The notes under the pieces were generated by a model, which worked only from the letters and a program-made list of their open reading frames with translations, was not told the origin of the DNA and searched no databases. Shown here one piece after another: positions 39,964-52,800 of a DNA stretch of 64,000 nt (the stretch's first letter is position 1; the number at the start of each line of letters is the position of its first letter). The stretch is from contig CM030334.1 in NCBI GenBank assembly GCA_017654855.1, positions 2,046,001 through 2,110,000 of the forward strand. The letters are read 5' to 3'. The stretch is from Podospora anserina. Its lineage: Eukaryota. Both the position numbers and the translations under genes were made by a program.

Positions 39964-40968
39964 CTAGTGACCAGGAAACTCCCTCACAAACCCCACCACC
40001 ACCCCCAACAGCACCCCCAAACTCACAAACACCCCCATCCTCTTCGACCACAACCCCTCCTCCCTCAACAACCACCCCACCACCCCCATCGGAAAAATAA
40101 ACCCAATCGCCATCCCCTTCACCAGCAAATCCACATTCCCTGCCCACCCCTCCCCCTCCTCTTCTTGCCTTGCGCCCCCCTCCCCAGCATCCTGCCCTGT
40201 GAAGCCCCCCCCATCATCAAGCCACGCATCTTCCAGTTCCAACATCCTCTCCGCAGAAGGCATATCATCCGGGGTATACCTGGCCGCATGCCACCCCCTA
40301 AACGTCAGCCTCAAGTTGACAATCTCCTCCCTCGTCAGACTCCCCGCCAACCTATCAAACCCCCTCGGTTCCCTCCCTGTCCTGTTACCGCCTCCATCCT
40401 CGGGTACAGCTGGTGTTGGTGCCGCTGCTGCAGGTGGAGCGGTGGCAGCTTTTGACTCGGTCTCTAAATCCTCGGGGGAGAGGACATGGCCGATGGAGCA
40501 GTTGATGAAGACGCGTCGTTCTGGTACTGGTGCATCTTTTCTTTTTCCCTTTGGGTCGGGGAGGGATTGGGATGGCGGGGGTGGGGGGAGGGACTTGAAC
40601 ACTGTTGACAAGGGGGAGGTGTCGGGGAGGATGCGGCCGTTGTGGATGAAGCGGAGGTTGGAGGTTGCGCCGGTGGTGGGGGTGAGGTGTTGACGAATTA
40701 GGTGTTTGAGGGCGATGACGGTGGTGGTGGAGGGGGAGGGGATGTCGAGTTCGAGGTCGGGGAGGGAGGTGCTGAAGCGGATGGTGATGTGGAGTGGTTG
40801 TTGGGTGGGGGGTGGTGGTAATGGGGATTTGGATCTTGCCCGGGTGGGAGCTGATGATGGATGGAGTAATGGGGCGGTTGGGCGTTCGTTGCTGGAAGAG
40901 GATGACGAGGAACCGACGCTTGTGTCGCGTTTGGGACGGGATTTTCTGCTGCTGCTGCTGCTGCTCAT
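39964..40968 (-). CDS. DSC3: DSC E3-ligase complex subunit Dsc3 (DUF2407 ubiquitin-like domain, C-terminal TMs)
   Basis: Motifs ITIRFSTSLPDLELDI, LRFIHNGRIL, FINCSIG, PRGFDRL and LEDAWLD, followed by two hydrophobic C-terminal helices. Confidence 0.85.
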   Translation of the reverse strand: MSSSSSSRKSRPKRDTSVGSSSSSSSNERPTAPLLHPSSAPTRARSKSPLPPPPTQQPLHITIRFSTSLPDLELDIPSPSTTTVIALKHLIRQHLTPTTGATSNLRFIHNGRILPDTSPLSTVFKSLPPPPPSQSLPDPKGKRKDAPVPERRVFINCSIGHVLSPEDLETESKAATAPPAAAAPTPAVPEDGGGNRTGREPRGFDRLAGSLTREEIVNLRLTFRGWHAARYTPDDMPSAERMLELEDAWLDDGGGFTGQDAGEGGARQEEEGEGWAGNVDLLVKGMAIGFIFPMGVVGWLLREEGLWSKRMGVFVSLGVLLGVVVGFVREFPGH

Positions 40969-41189
40969 GATGGCGGTGGGTGGTGGTGGGATGGTGTTCT
41001 CGAAATTGGGAATTGGGAGTTGGGAAGATGACGATGCAGGGGTGAACAAAAGACATGGATGGGGCCGTTGAGTCTTGGCTTTGGGGCTTTCTCCAAATTT
41101 CCCCGCAAAGAGAAGGCTTGGCATGCATTATCCGGGGTTGGGGTTTTTGACGACCAACTTCTCGAGCCGTGGACAAAAGAATAAAGAGT

Positions 41190-42290
41190 GCTGCTTGAGA
41201 TGACAGCCTCGACTATCTTAACAGCGATCCTCATTATCGTCAAAGGCGTATCAATGTAGATTCAAGGCCTACTGATTAGATTCAAATGCCTCCAAATATA
41301 ATCAAGACACTTCAAGCATAATCAACAAGTCTTCAAACATGGTAGTGCAATCTGAAATGAGGGTCTCGAAGGCAATTAACACACGCCTTCGACTATGATA
41401 AAAATCCCGAGAATTATCCCAATCATAAAGAACAACCAACTCCAACGGCATTCAAGAGAGCTCTCTAAATCATTCTAGCAACTCTCACGAGCGCCCTAGA
41501 CATCATCCCAGTAATGAAAGATCCTAAGCCCAGCAGCGTTCACAAAGGCTCTTTGGATAATTCCAGCAGCGGTCAGGAACGCTTAAGACATCATCCCAGC
41601 AGTCGAAGGGGAATATAGGTATTGCCTTTTGAGGCTCTTATTTACATTGAAGTCTCTTTCACTCTATGCATGATGTCCTGCTGAAGACTTTTAAGACATG
41701 TAATATTACAGTAATGTACAGTGCTATAATATAAACAGCAATCCCGCAAAGTCGTCTATTTGTAAGTCAAAGCAGCATGAAGTTAGAAGTATGAGAAGAC
41801 TGAAGCCTAATGCAATACACCCCTTTTTCTAAGCATTCCCCCATCCATTACTAGGTACTCATGCTTGTTTATGTTCCCTCCACCTTAATATCTCTGAAAG
41901 CCTGTTGAGTATCTTCCAAGGCTGATGTGACGTTTCAGCTACTGTGAATTTGTTTACGATGGGTTGTTGAAGACTGGCTGTACATTCAAAGACAGTGAAC
42001 ATGCCTTCAGACAAAATGAGTACGCCTTCAAATGGAATAAACAGACCTGTTAGCTATCTTTGAACACCTGTTGACTATCGTTTAACGCATGTCGACTATC
42101 TTTTGACGCCTATTAACTGTCTTTCAACGCCTGGTAATTATCTTTGAAGGCGTAGCTATTATCTTTCAAGGTCTCTTGATTATGATTGAAGGCCTTCAAA
42201 GATAGTTGACAGGCCTTGTTATGATAGTTGAAGGCGTGTCTGTTGTCTTTTGAGGCCTTGATTTCACATTACAGTCTCTATCACCTTGTG
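41190..42290. repeat. AT-rich degenerate repeat island: 21-bp tandem units with inverted arms (possible MITE/foldback relic)
   Basis: At least 7 consecutive 21-bp units at 42042..42188 (e.g. aacacctgttgactatcgttt, aacgcatgtcgactatctttt). 41346..41405 is an imperfect inverted copy of 42216..42273. No ORF of 60 aa or more lies inside the interval. Confidence 0.7.
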
Positions 42291-42567
42291 CACGATGTGC
42301 TGTTAAGGACTTTTGTACATGTATAATACAGTAGTGTATCAGATTATAAACAGTATTCCATCAACTATCCCGCCCTTTGTGTTTCCTCCCAGATTGTGCA
42401 TGAATAAGCCAAGCAAATATGAAGCCAAATTAACAAACCGAAGCCAAAACAAATCTCCCAAAGCATTCTCCCATCCATTGCTCATGCCTCTTTGTGTATC
42501 CTCCACCAGAAATTCCACCAAACAAACATTTCAAGCATATCTCCACCAGATAATCATCCGCAGCAAA

Positions 42568-44435
42568 TCACTTCTTCAACTTCACATCCATCTCCTTCTT
42601 AAATCCACGCCAGACCTTCTTGGCCTTCTCCAACATCTTCTCCTTTCCTTTTCCAGCACGGGCCTCCTCAATAGCCTTCTCATGCTTCTCCTGAATGTCG
42701 ACCAAATAGTCGACGATGGATTGCCAAGTTTCCTGACAGTTCTCGCTGGTCAAGGCAGAGCACTCGGCGAAGCCAGCCGCGTTGATGGCGGCGGCGGCAG
42801 TTTCACCCTGGATATCAGTGGCGGGCTCAGGGGGAACAAGGAATCTCAAACCCAAGTTGGGAAACGTAGGACGACGATCGACCTTGAGGCCAATGACAAT
42901 CAACGGCACATCACCGTGGAGAGAGGCAGCCAGCATAGGCTTCTAGACCGTGCTGAGGCCATCCAGGTTCCGGTAATCCTCGAGATCGTAGCAGATGATG
43001 GCGGCATTGAAGAAGGTTGACCGAAGTTGGGTGTCATGACGGCCAGCAATCATGCCAGGAAAGTCCCACAACTCGACCTGGGCAAGGGTCCGACGGGTAG
43101 CATCGCCAGTGCTCATGGTGCTGATGGTGCGGATCTCTGTCGACGTAGAGGGGGCGCCGGGAATATATCTCCCCATCACAAGACGGCTGCATTCTTGGTT
43201 AGTGAATATGACTAGGTTGGTGGAACTCAGAGAGCAAAACTTACTTGAGGAACGTGGTCTTGCCAGTCCCCGGGTGTCCCAAAACGCAAATCTTGAAGTT
43301 GCGAGTGGTGATGACCGGAGCAGGCACAAAGACCCGGGACATCATGCTGAAGGGGGTACTTCTCCCGCTCTCACCAACGTGGTGTGACATGACCGTTCCA
43401 GCGCGGGCCATGGTCGAACCGTGGTCGTCCACGGACGACCGAGTCACCGCTCCCCCGCTCACGCGGGAAAGAGCGCGCCTGAACGGCGCGGCGATCTTGA
43501 CTCGCTTGCTGGGGCCAGCCTCAAGATCCTCCAATGTCGCGACTTTATTAGTGATATTTTCAAAGAAGTAGATCAAAAGTTGGAAAACTTACAGCTCCCT
43601 GTCGCTTAGTCCCAGTCTGCCGGTTCTCCGTGGTCGACTCCCCCATCTTAACCTCGTCATCCTCCATCACGGTCGCCAAGCTTCCAGCTTGGCCTCCATT
43701 GGAGGAGCTGACTTCGGGCAGAGCGACTCTCTGCGGCCCAAATGGGCTCTCGGAAAGCGAAATCCCCTCCAGCCAGTCCTCGAGGCGACGACTTGGGAGG
43801 TAGGTCACCTCACCTTGGTTTAAGAAAGCCTGGCCGTACAGGCGGCCGGCTTGGGCAGAGGCGGAGTCGAAAAACTCCTCTGCTGGCCCGAGAATTATCG
43901 AGCGCGAGTGCTGCAACTGCGCAGACTGCGCGCCCAGTCTGGCAGCCCGGTTGAGGCTAGCCAGCGCCTCCAGGTGCTCGTCTCTGGGGGCGTTCATTGT
44001 TGCTGCTAAAGGGGAATCGGGTTCAGCAGCGAGGTAAATAGTGGCGTTTCGAGCTCTGGGTTCGTTGAGTCGAAAGCCAAAGCCTGTGACGGGGTGTGGC
44101 GACAATCCCAAAAGATCTGGATCGAGGAAAGAACGGTTTGACCGACCTGGAGTCGGGATAAGAGATCGATGAGGTTCAGTTGATCGAAGACGTCTTGGTG
44201 GAGGCGGAGGCAGAATATCAGCGTCAAGATGAAGGTCGACCTCTTGATCCTCTGGGGCGAGCGTGTAGTGAAATTCGTGGGTCTCAAGGTGCGACGCTGA
44301 GAGGGGAGGCAGGCTGCTCTCGGCGCAACTCGCGCTCAGTGCCCTCTGGCGTCCTCGCATCGAGCTCCCCGGCAGGGCGCGGCCACCTGCCATCGGGATC
44401 CGCATGCTGGCTGGTCTGTTCGAGCCAGAGGCCAT
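42568..44435 (-). pseudogene. Atypical Rho/Ras-like small GTPase with long N-terminal extension and an in-frame TAG at 42945..42943
   Basis: G1 GHPGTGKT, G3 ELWDFPG, G4 IGLKVD and G5 ECSAL. The frame runs STV*KPML where Rho proteins have KWxPE. Splicing to the upstream disordered exon (44435..43593) is uncertain. Confidence 0.65.
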
Positions 44436-45348
44436 GGCTAGTCGCATAAAGTCGCACAAAACGAAGTTTGGATAGTAAGATGATACAGCCTTTTTCGAAG
44501 ACAGACAAGATACACAGCTGTGAGCTCTGTCAAGAGGTAGAAACGACACTAAGAGAAGCTGGGCGAGCCGCCACGACAGAAGAACAAACCCGCGATAGTT
44601 GTTGTGAGAAGGAAGAATGAGAGAAAACTCCTGGCAGGCAGAGGAACTACAAGATCAGAAAAATACCTTGGGCCGGTGTTTAGGCTGCAAAGAGAAGACG
44701 GCAGGAGCGTCGGGGGCATGGTCCGAGCGCCTTCGTTGAAGACTATGTGCCTGGTTGTCTGCCTGGGTTGAGGACCTAGGGGCTTTAGAAGACAGCGACT
44801 GCATAAGAGCCATCCCGTATAGAATCCGGATTGATGGATTTCTTGCTGGTATACTTCAGAGTGGTCGAGGTTGTGATAGCGTACTTCATATCAACAGTCT
44901 TTTGAGACCGTAGAGGGGTCCAGTCAAAGTCACAGCCAAATGATCACGACCAAGGAGCAGATTGCATTCGACACCACACATGGAAAGCCGACTTTTATGT
45001 GCCTCTGATTTGAATATACTCACAATTGGAAACCATGTTGTTCATTCTGTAACTTGGCAAAGTCAACTTGCTGCCGTCACCATCACCATCTCAGGGGTAA
45101 ATGTTTAGATATTCACATAAACTGCACATACCCCCATAATTGCATAAACTCCAACAATGACACAATGCTCCCCGGACCCACATCGGCTCCGGGATGACGG
45201 CGATTGCGCAATCCAGGGATTCCCCCCCCCTCAAGTCGGTTTACAGCGGCCCACACCACCGATTGCGGCAGCTGTTTGAATGAGTAATGAGTCCTGCCTC
45301 TTTTGAAGCCGAATTATCTCTCACTGTGATTTTTGCTGTCTTTCATCA

Positions 45349-46776
45349 ATGAGCTCGTCGCTCCTCTCGCCTCTTTTCCGGCGACAGTTATTCACATCCC
45401 TTCACAAAGTTCCCACCAGACGAGCCTTCCAGAGTACCCCCTCCATCATGAGTGAGAAACTGAAGCCCGCGGCCCGTGTCGCTGGTAGGAGGCAGGATGT
45501 TTGGTGAGATCTCACATTTCTCTTTCAGTATACCTACATATCATTGACTCGAGACAAAAGGTCCATCATCAACGAAGCAGCCTCCGCCTCCCCCATCCAG
45601 CCCATCGTCAACATGGGCCAAGGCTTCTTTGGCTACAACCCCCCAGACTTCATTCTCTCAGCTGCCAAATCCGCCCTGGACCGCGTAGAATGCAACCAGT
45701 ACTCCCCCACAAAGGGCAGACCACGCCTCCTCAAAGCCCTCGCCGACGCATACTCCCCCTTCTGGGGCCGTCAACTAGACCCCAACACAGAAATCACCGT
45801 CACTACCGGCGCCAACGAGGGCATGCTCTCCGCCTTCATGGCCTTCATCGAGCCCGGCGACGAAGTCATCGTCTTTGAACCCTTCTTCGACCAGTACATC
45901 TCCAACATTGAAATGCCCGGCGGAAAAATCGTCTACGTGCCCATGCACCCACCAAAAGAAGGCGCCGTCAAAACCCTCTCGGCAGGGGAGTGGACAGTCG
46001 ACTTTGACGAGCTCGAAAAAGCCATCACGCCCAGGACGAAAATGATTGTGCTCAACACACCCCACAACCCGGTAGGCAAAGTCTTTTCCCGGTCCGAGCT
46101 CGAAAAAATCGCCGAGCTGTGTCTCAAGAACCAAATCATCATCTTGTCGGATGAAGTCTACGATAGGCTTTACTACACCGACTTTACCCGCATCGCGACT
46201 CTTTCCCCTGAGGTTGAGAAGATTACCATTACTGTTGGGTCGGCAGGCAAGAACTTTTATGCCACTGGCTGGCGGGTGGGCTGGTTGATTGGCCCTCCCG
46301 AGCTGATCCAATACGTCTCTGCCGCTCACACGAGAATCTGCTACTCTTCCGTCTCCCCGCTTCAAGAAGCCTGCGCTATCGGGTTTGAGGAGGCGGATGG
46401 GCACGGCTTTTGGGAGCAGTGTATTGCTGACATGACGGCCAAGATGGAGAGGTTTACTGCGGTGTTTGATGAGTTGGGGATTCCGTACAGTAAGCCCGAG
46501 GGGGGGTATTTTGTCATGGCGAATTTTAACAAGGTGCAACTTCCTGAGGGGTACGAGTTTCCGAAGCATGTCGAGGAGAGGCCGAGGGATTTTAAGCTGG
46601 CATGGTTTTTGATTCAGGAGTTGGGGGTGGCGGCTATTCCGCCGAGTGAGTTTTACACGGATGAGAATGCCGGGATTGTGGAGGATTATTTGAGGTTTGC
46701 GGTTTGTAAGCCTGATAATGTTTTGGAGGATGCGAAGGAGAGACTTAGGGGGCTGAAGAAGTACCTGAAGAAGTGA
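45349..46776 (+). CDS. BNA3: Kynurenine aminotransferase / class I PLP aminotransferase (Bna3 family)
   Basis: Motifs VNMGQGFF, NQYSPTKGRPRL, TTGANEG, NTPHNPVGK, DEVY, SAGKNFYATGWRVGW and LRFAVCK. Intron 45504..45560. Confidence 0.93.
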
Positions 46777-47155
46777 CGGCCTGTGTTTTTGAGTGGCAAG
46801 TGTCGGAAGAGCGGCCGGTTGGGTCATGTTAGCATTTTTTTTTTTAGACAGCAAGTGTGATTCTATTGATGGAGGGAATAGAAACTGATATTCCTTATAT
46901 AACCGCACACTTTGGTTAGGGGGTATATACTGGATTTGTTGATATATCCTTCTAGCCCGCTTAATCTGTCTTGGACAACGCCGGTTTCCCTGTTTTGGTG
47001 ACCTTTTCCCATTAAAACTCACTTTGGGGTTGGTAATGCCATTACCCCCTTAAATCCAACGCCTGCCGGACCTGCCGCTTTACCAATCCCTGTACTCAGC
47101 CCAACATATTCCCCATCCTGATGACACTTTCCCATACCTATGTATATGTCAAGTA

Positions 47156-49832
47156 TTAGTTCCTCAATCCCGACGCCGCCGTGTACTCTCTATGCTGCTG
47201 TTGATGTTGCGCTTGTAACTGTGGTCCAGGCGGGGGTATCAAGGGCGAGCCCGCCAAAGTATCCCATCTCTCGAGGAAGTGTTCCCAGTTCAAGACACCG
47301 TCGTCGTGATTCATCTAGTCTCCCTATCAGCAGCCATAACCTTGATACCTATTTCTCGGGAGACCTACCCCATCATTCACATAACCATTCGTCACAGGCG
47401 GACCCCCCACTCCCGCCGCCAGTTTTGCATAACCCGGAGGAGGAGCTGGTTGGTGCTGGACCGCACTCGCCGAGATCCCCATCTTGGCCAGAGCACCCCC
47501 CACAATATCTTGCACTCTCCCAACCATTCTCTGCATCTTCTGCATCTTTTCATCCATCGCCCCCGGCCAAACAGAGCTAAGCACCACCCCCAACGCCACA
47601 ATCTCGTTGACGTCGCTGCTGGCGTCTGGGATCAGGGTCACAAGCCGGTCGAGGGTTCGCTCGACTGTTTGTGCCATTGTTACCGCTGACCAGGGGTAGC
47701 TCGGCCCTCTCGCCCCCGTGCCAACAACACTGAGCAGGTCTTCGTCGTAAGGATTGTGGCTGTTGCTCTGGGAATGCCGATGCTGATACTGCCGAGGGTA
47801 CGCCACCTGCGGGTGATGCCAGGGCTCACCGTCCGAATTCTGCGATATCTGTGAATTATTCCTCTGTTGCTGTTGGTGCTGCTGTGCTCGCTTGATGTAA
47901 GCACACACACCCAACCCAGCCTCCACAATGTCCTTTTTCATGACAAACAGGTACATCGCCACCACTTCTTCGTAGCCTGGACTCCTGGGGTCGATTTCAT
48001 CGGCATAGGTCAAGATTGCCATTGCTGATTTGAGGTACGAGAGCTCAATGTTTGACGGGCAACTGCTCGGGTCGGAGAGGAGCCCTAGAGCGAAGGGGCG
48101 GTATAATGCTAGTAGTGGTCGGCGGACGTGCATATCCAACAAGGCTCGGTGTCGCCATTCTTTGTGGCTGTTTTCTGGGTTGAGAGAGGCGTGTCTTGGG
48201 AAGAGGGCGGCAATGTCGGAGAGGAGGTTTTCGAGGTTCTGGCCAGCGGACAGGATAGGTTGGTAGGAGTCGAGGGTTGGAAGATGGGATATCAAGGCTG
48301 CGGCTTCGATTCTAGCTGGGAGAGTCCGGGAGGTGTAGGCTTGAAGGCGGTTACTCGTAGAGTGGTCGAGTGGGAGTGACGGCGGCAAACTAGGCGTCGT
48401 AGGGGAGAGAGAGCCATCGTCGAGATTGGAGGGTGGTTTGCAGCTGTATTCACCCGCCCGGATGGCAAACGGAAGGGCGCACATCAACGAAATGTGGAGG
48501 TCCATTTCAAGCAGAGTGTACCACAGTCGTCGGCGCATCTCACCGATGAAAGGACTTGACGGGGGAAGCTCAGAAGGGTCTCGGTGGAGGTCCATCGTCA
48601 TGGCCATGCGAATTATGTAGCCTAATTGCGTCCAGGAGGAGCGTTGGTGGGGGCAGATGGTTCGTTCGGCGTGGAGAAGGAGGAGCTCGGTCTGGAGGGT
48701 GGTCAAGTCGGTGATTTGTTTTCTTCGAAGATCATCTAGCCAGTGCCTGACCAAGATGCAGGCAGTGGGGATGTTGACGCTGGTGAATCTATCCTGCCCT
48801 AAACCTCGAGAATCTGTCCCAAAGCGAGCCGCGATGCTGATCATGCAGAGCAACCGAGGAAGAAAGCTTTCGCTACAGCCTCGTTTGTCCCAGTACTGGG
48901 CGTATTCTTGGTGGAAAGACGAGACGTGGACCATCCGATACAAGCCTTCAGAAACGACAAAATACTGATTGACGAGCCTGTCGCAGACGGATCGTGGTGG
49001 TAAAACATCGTTCATGCGTTTCTGAATTGGCATCATGGAATCGACATAGACGGTGATGGGCTCGAGAGCCTTGTGGTGTTCCTTTTTCAGCACTCGGCAT
49101 GCGTTCTGTAGGCGGGCAAAGGGTCCCCGCAGGTGATCTGTTCTCGCCATGGTTCTCAGAAGATCATCGGCCTCGTCGAACTCCGATGGACGTCAGTGTC
49201 TCAGTTTGACCGTTTCATCGAGCACATGTCTTACAATATTCAGCAGAACCTGCGTGCTGTCAAGACCTTGGGGACTTGGGAACCGGAAACCTGGGTTGAA
49301 TGGACGGCTCCGAATGGCCATTGACTGTCGGTAGGGAAATGTTGGCGAAGACTTTTCTGTGATGATCCTCTCGAGGCGCTCCAGCCGTGCTGCCATCTCG
49401 TCCAGGCCGACCTGAGGTTTATGGTAGTGCTCCATGCCGTTGGATTGCGAGAATGGTCGAGGATAATCTCCATCATTGATGCTGGCAAGGTGTTGAGGGC
49501 GTTTGACCGGTCTTTCAGCCGATTCTCCATCAGACCCGTCTGAGCCACCACCATTCTCCTGGTCAGTATATCGACAAGGCCTTCGGGACTTCTGACACTG
49601 AGAACATGGTGCTACTCGATCACACTTCAACTTGCGCTTGCTGGCCAAAAGATTAGTTCCAGGCTTCTCCTCCCAGGCAGAAGCTCATCCCTTACCGGCA
49701 TTCGACACAAGACTTGACTGGTCGAGGGCGCTTGACGCTCTTTGGCTGGACTGTTGGATCTAGCACGGTCGACGAGGTTACGGACGGTGTTCTAGGCAAC
49801 ACAGGACCTCCACCTTCGAGCAGTGCTTCCAT
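47156..49832 (-). CDS. Zn(II)2Cys6 transcription factor with fungal-specific TF (middle homology) domain
   Basis: SCVECR|KRKLKCDRVAPCSQCQKSRRPC split by an intron, plus AMTMDLHRDP...EMRRRLWY. A last exon ending GLRN* at 47156 was reconstructed from GTAGGT/CTAG sites. Confidence 0.9.
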
Positions 49833-52800
49833 GGTGACCTCTCGAGAATGACCTGTCGTCAGTGACTGGCATTGGAAAATTGAACGAGCAGAAAATGAGC
49901 GGTGGCTTGGGTGTCGACTCTCGAAGGGCTCAGCTTGGGGCAGCGGTTTGGCGGGATATCAGAAACTTTGTGGTTGCTTCTTCTGGCGTCCCTTTGGCAA
50001 GCCCCCTTTTAGTCAGTCAGGAGGCATTAGAGGGAACACACGGCCGGTACGGTATTGCGCTGTGTATGTCACGAATCCACGGTCTCCCGAAACAACTGAC
50101 TTCTCGCAATGTGCCACAACCCGCCCTCTGTTGGCCTCTCAGCCGCGACATGCGGCACTTGGGCTTTGGGGGAGGGGGGGGAGATAGGTATGGTTGACGC
50201 AACATTGAGAACATGGCGAGCAAAGGGCGAGAGCAAAACCGTCCTTGTATGCATGCATCCTGCAAGACTGCCCTGTCCTGTCCTGTCCGCCTCAGCTCTC
50301 CCGAGAGTCGATGTGTATGTGGTTGCATGGAAAATGGCCAGGTTGAAAGACAAAGACATGGGGGGTGAGTCCCCCACAGAGACCGGGTGCAACCGACATT
50401 AGGGGCTAGGGCCCCGTAGCTTAGGCCACCCTAATGCACAACTTACAGAGGAGTAGGAAGCTAAAGGAAGCATCACAAGGACAGCCCAGGGCCATCCTTT
50501 CATCCACCCAACATCCAAGGTAACGACATGGATGACATCGACTTGTACCTTTTTTTTTATCCATGATCTTTTCGGAGCCGAACCCCCATGACCACCACCA
50601 CATCGTCAACACACCCTCGGACACGAAAATGTCGCCGATGGATGCAGGCCACCCTCCCCAGAGGAAGTCGTGCGCAAAAAAGAAGCAATGCGAGCACACG
50701 GCACCAAGCAAGGAATCACGAAGTGGTCAAAGATCAATCCAACAGGAGGCGGAACCCGGAGGTTGGACCGTGGTTGAAGATAAGGTTATGACATTTGGCA
50801 GGCACATTATTCTCCGTGCGAGGAACTTGACGTTGGTACGAGGCCAAGCCGACATAATTTCCAGACTCTCCAAAGCATGGTTGTCGATCCTGCAACCATA
50901 ACGCCTCTCGCCTTCCCTTCTGGATACTACCTCCCTCTCCAGCCTGCCATCACTTGATATTCAACATCGGCCCAGCCAGTACTCAGGCTTCGGTGCTGTC
51001 GTTTACTTCTCGTCTCGACAGATGAAGCCACGGGCCGAGGACTACCTCAAACTCAGGTCCGCCCAGCCCGGATATCCCCTCTTGACACGCCGGCCTTTCT
51101 CTTTTGGCTCCGCAATCTTGACGCCACGAATGTTGGTTCCGACGGGCTTTTCGTTTTCCTCTGTATGATGAAATCCGAGGCAGAACAGAGTCGGGATGAG
51201 CTGTGATCGCTTCGGCTGGCCTTTGATCTTGTTGGACGGCGCAGACCGTCCCAACCACCAGACATACGGACCTGGCATATCAACACGGCGTTCGCTTCTA
51301 GAAGTCCCAAGTGTGGCACATCCATCTGATGGATAACACCAATCTCGTGAAACACCGGCGATAGGACACCTATACGTGGTACGGTGGGAAGATCACCATC
51401 TGGAAATTTCACACACTGAGCGCCCTTCGGAAGCCTCCGCCCGTCCTCGGATTTATTTCAGATCTTTATTCCGGGGTAGTCGCAGTAACGACTTCCTAAT
51501 GGGTCTAGGGTACCTACCTTAGTTGGGATAACGACGTTGGTGGCGTCAACCTCCCACTAGGGCTCTCGCCAGTGATCCCAAGCTGCCCCGTTTTCGACCG
51601 CCTACGGATACCGAGGCCACGAGCACCCCAACTGCGGTTGCTCCCTCGCCGGACCCAAGCCTAGACAGCTCGTTCCTGGACCTACCAGAGACAGTGGAAA
51701 GACATCGCGACTCGAGCTGGTCAGAACTCTAGAAGCCACACCCCACGCACCCCCAACTGAAACAGCAAGGCCAACGCAAGGGCACAACACCCCTTACCCT
51801 TCTCACACACACCACACACGAGCCATGTCGTTATCTTTTTCCACTTCGAGGGCAAATCTAAACGCCTCTCATATGCAATCATATATGCCAAGCTACAGCT
51901 CACACTACACGGGGACCGGCCCTCGGCGACAACGGGCGGCGGCGGCTCATTATAAGCGAGGAAATAGATGAAGCCAGTCCCAGGGCAGCATGTACAGAAT
52001 CTTCCACGCAGATTGAAGACCACTTTCCATCGGTGGGCGTGGCTTTCGGTTCCTTCGGCACTTGAGGGCGGGAAAACCGTGTAGCAATATATCGAACGTT
52101 TAGCACCTTGCATTGAACAAGCCGGATTTGTATACCAATACATACACTACCTCCGGAGACCACGAGATAAGTGCAGGATCTGGCACAACTTGACAGACGA
52201 GCTTATGCATATACCCATCCGCTACCCGGTTGAAAAGGCGAGTGAGTTACGTATCGGTTGGACTGACCATTTGGGGTAAAACAGTCAACGTGGTCGATCA
52301 ATATGTTGATGAATAGCCGGCGGTATTAAACGGTATTCACGCATTTTTTCTCCACTGACAACAACCAGATCAAAGGGCAAATGTTCCTGACTAACGGCCA
52401 GAACCACCCAGGCAAACTGTGAAGAAAAAACGGCGCTTTTATCCTGACTAAAGGCCCAGCAACCCAGACTGAGTCAGGCCGGTTGGGCGTTAACCAGGAC
52501 TCTCGCTCGCCGGTCCACCACCACCATCTCATCCCATCCTACCACTCACTCCCACGCTCATGGCTGCACTAGAAAACCACTTGGACAAGCCACGCCAACC
52601 ACGAAGGATCCTACCCTGGCTCTGGAAAAGCCTCTAGCCTTGACTGTTGGCTCCCTTGGTTGCAGCTCTAGTGTGTAGCTTACCCATCCGGTAGGGTACC
52701 TAGGTGGGTGTGTTGGTCCGGCAGCCGGCCGGCCGAGTGACAACGGAACATAGTGGACGACACCACCAACCCAGCCAACAAGGTGCTTACATTAGTTTTG

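Noticed and set aside
42042-42188. CRISPR-like array
   Set aside because: Eukaryotic context; the units are contiguous degenerate tandem repeats with no unique spacers and no cas genes.
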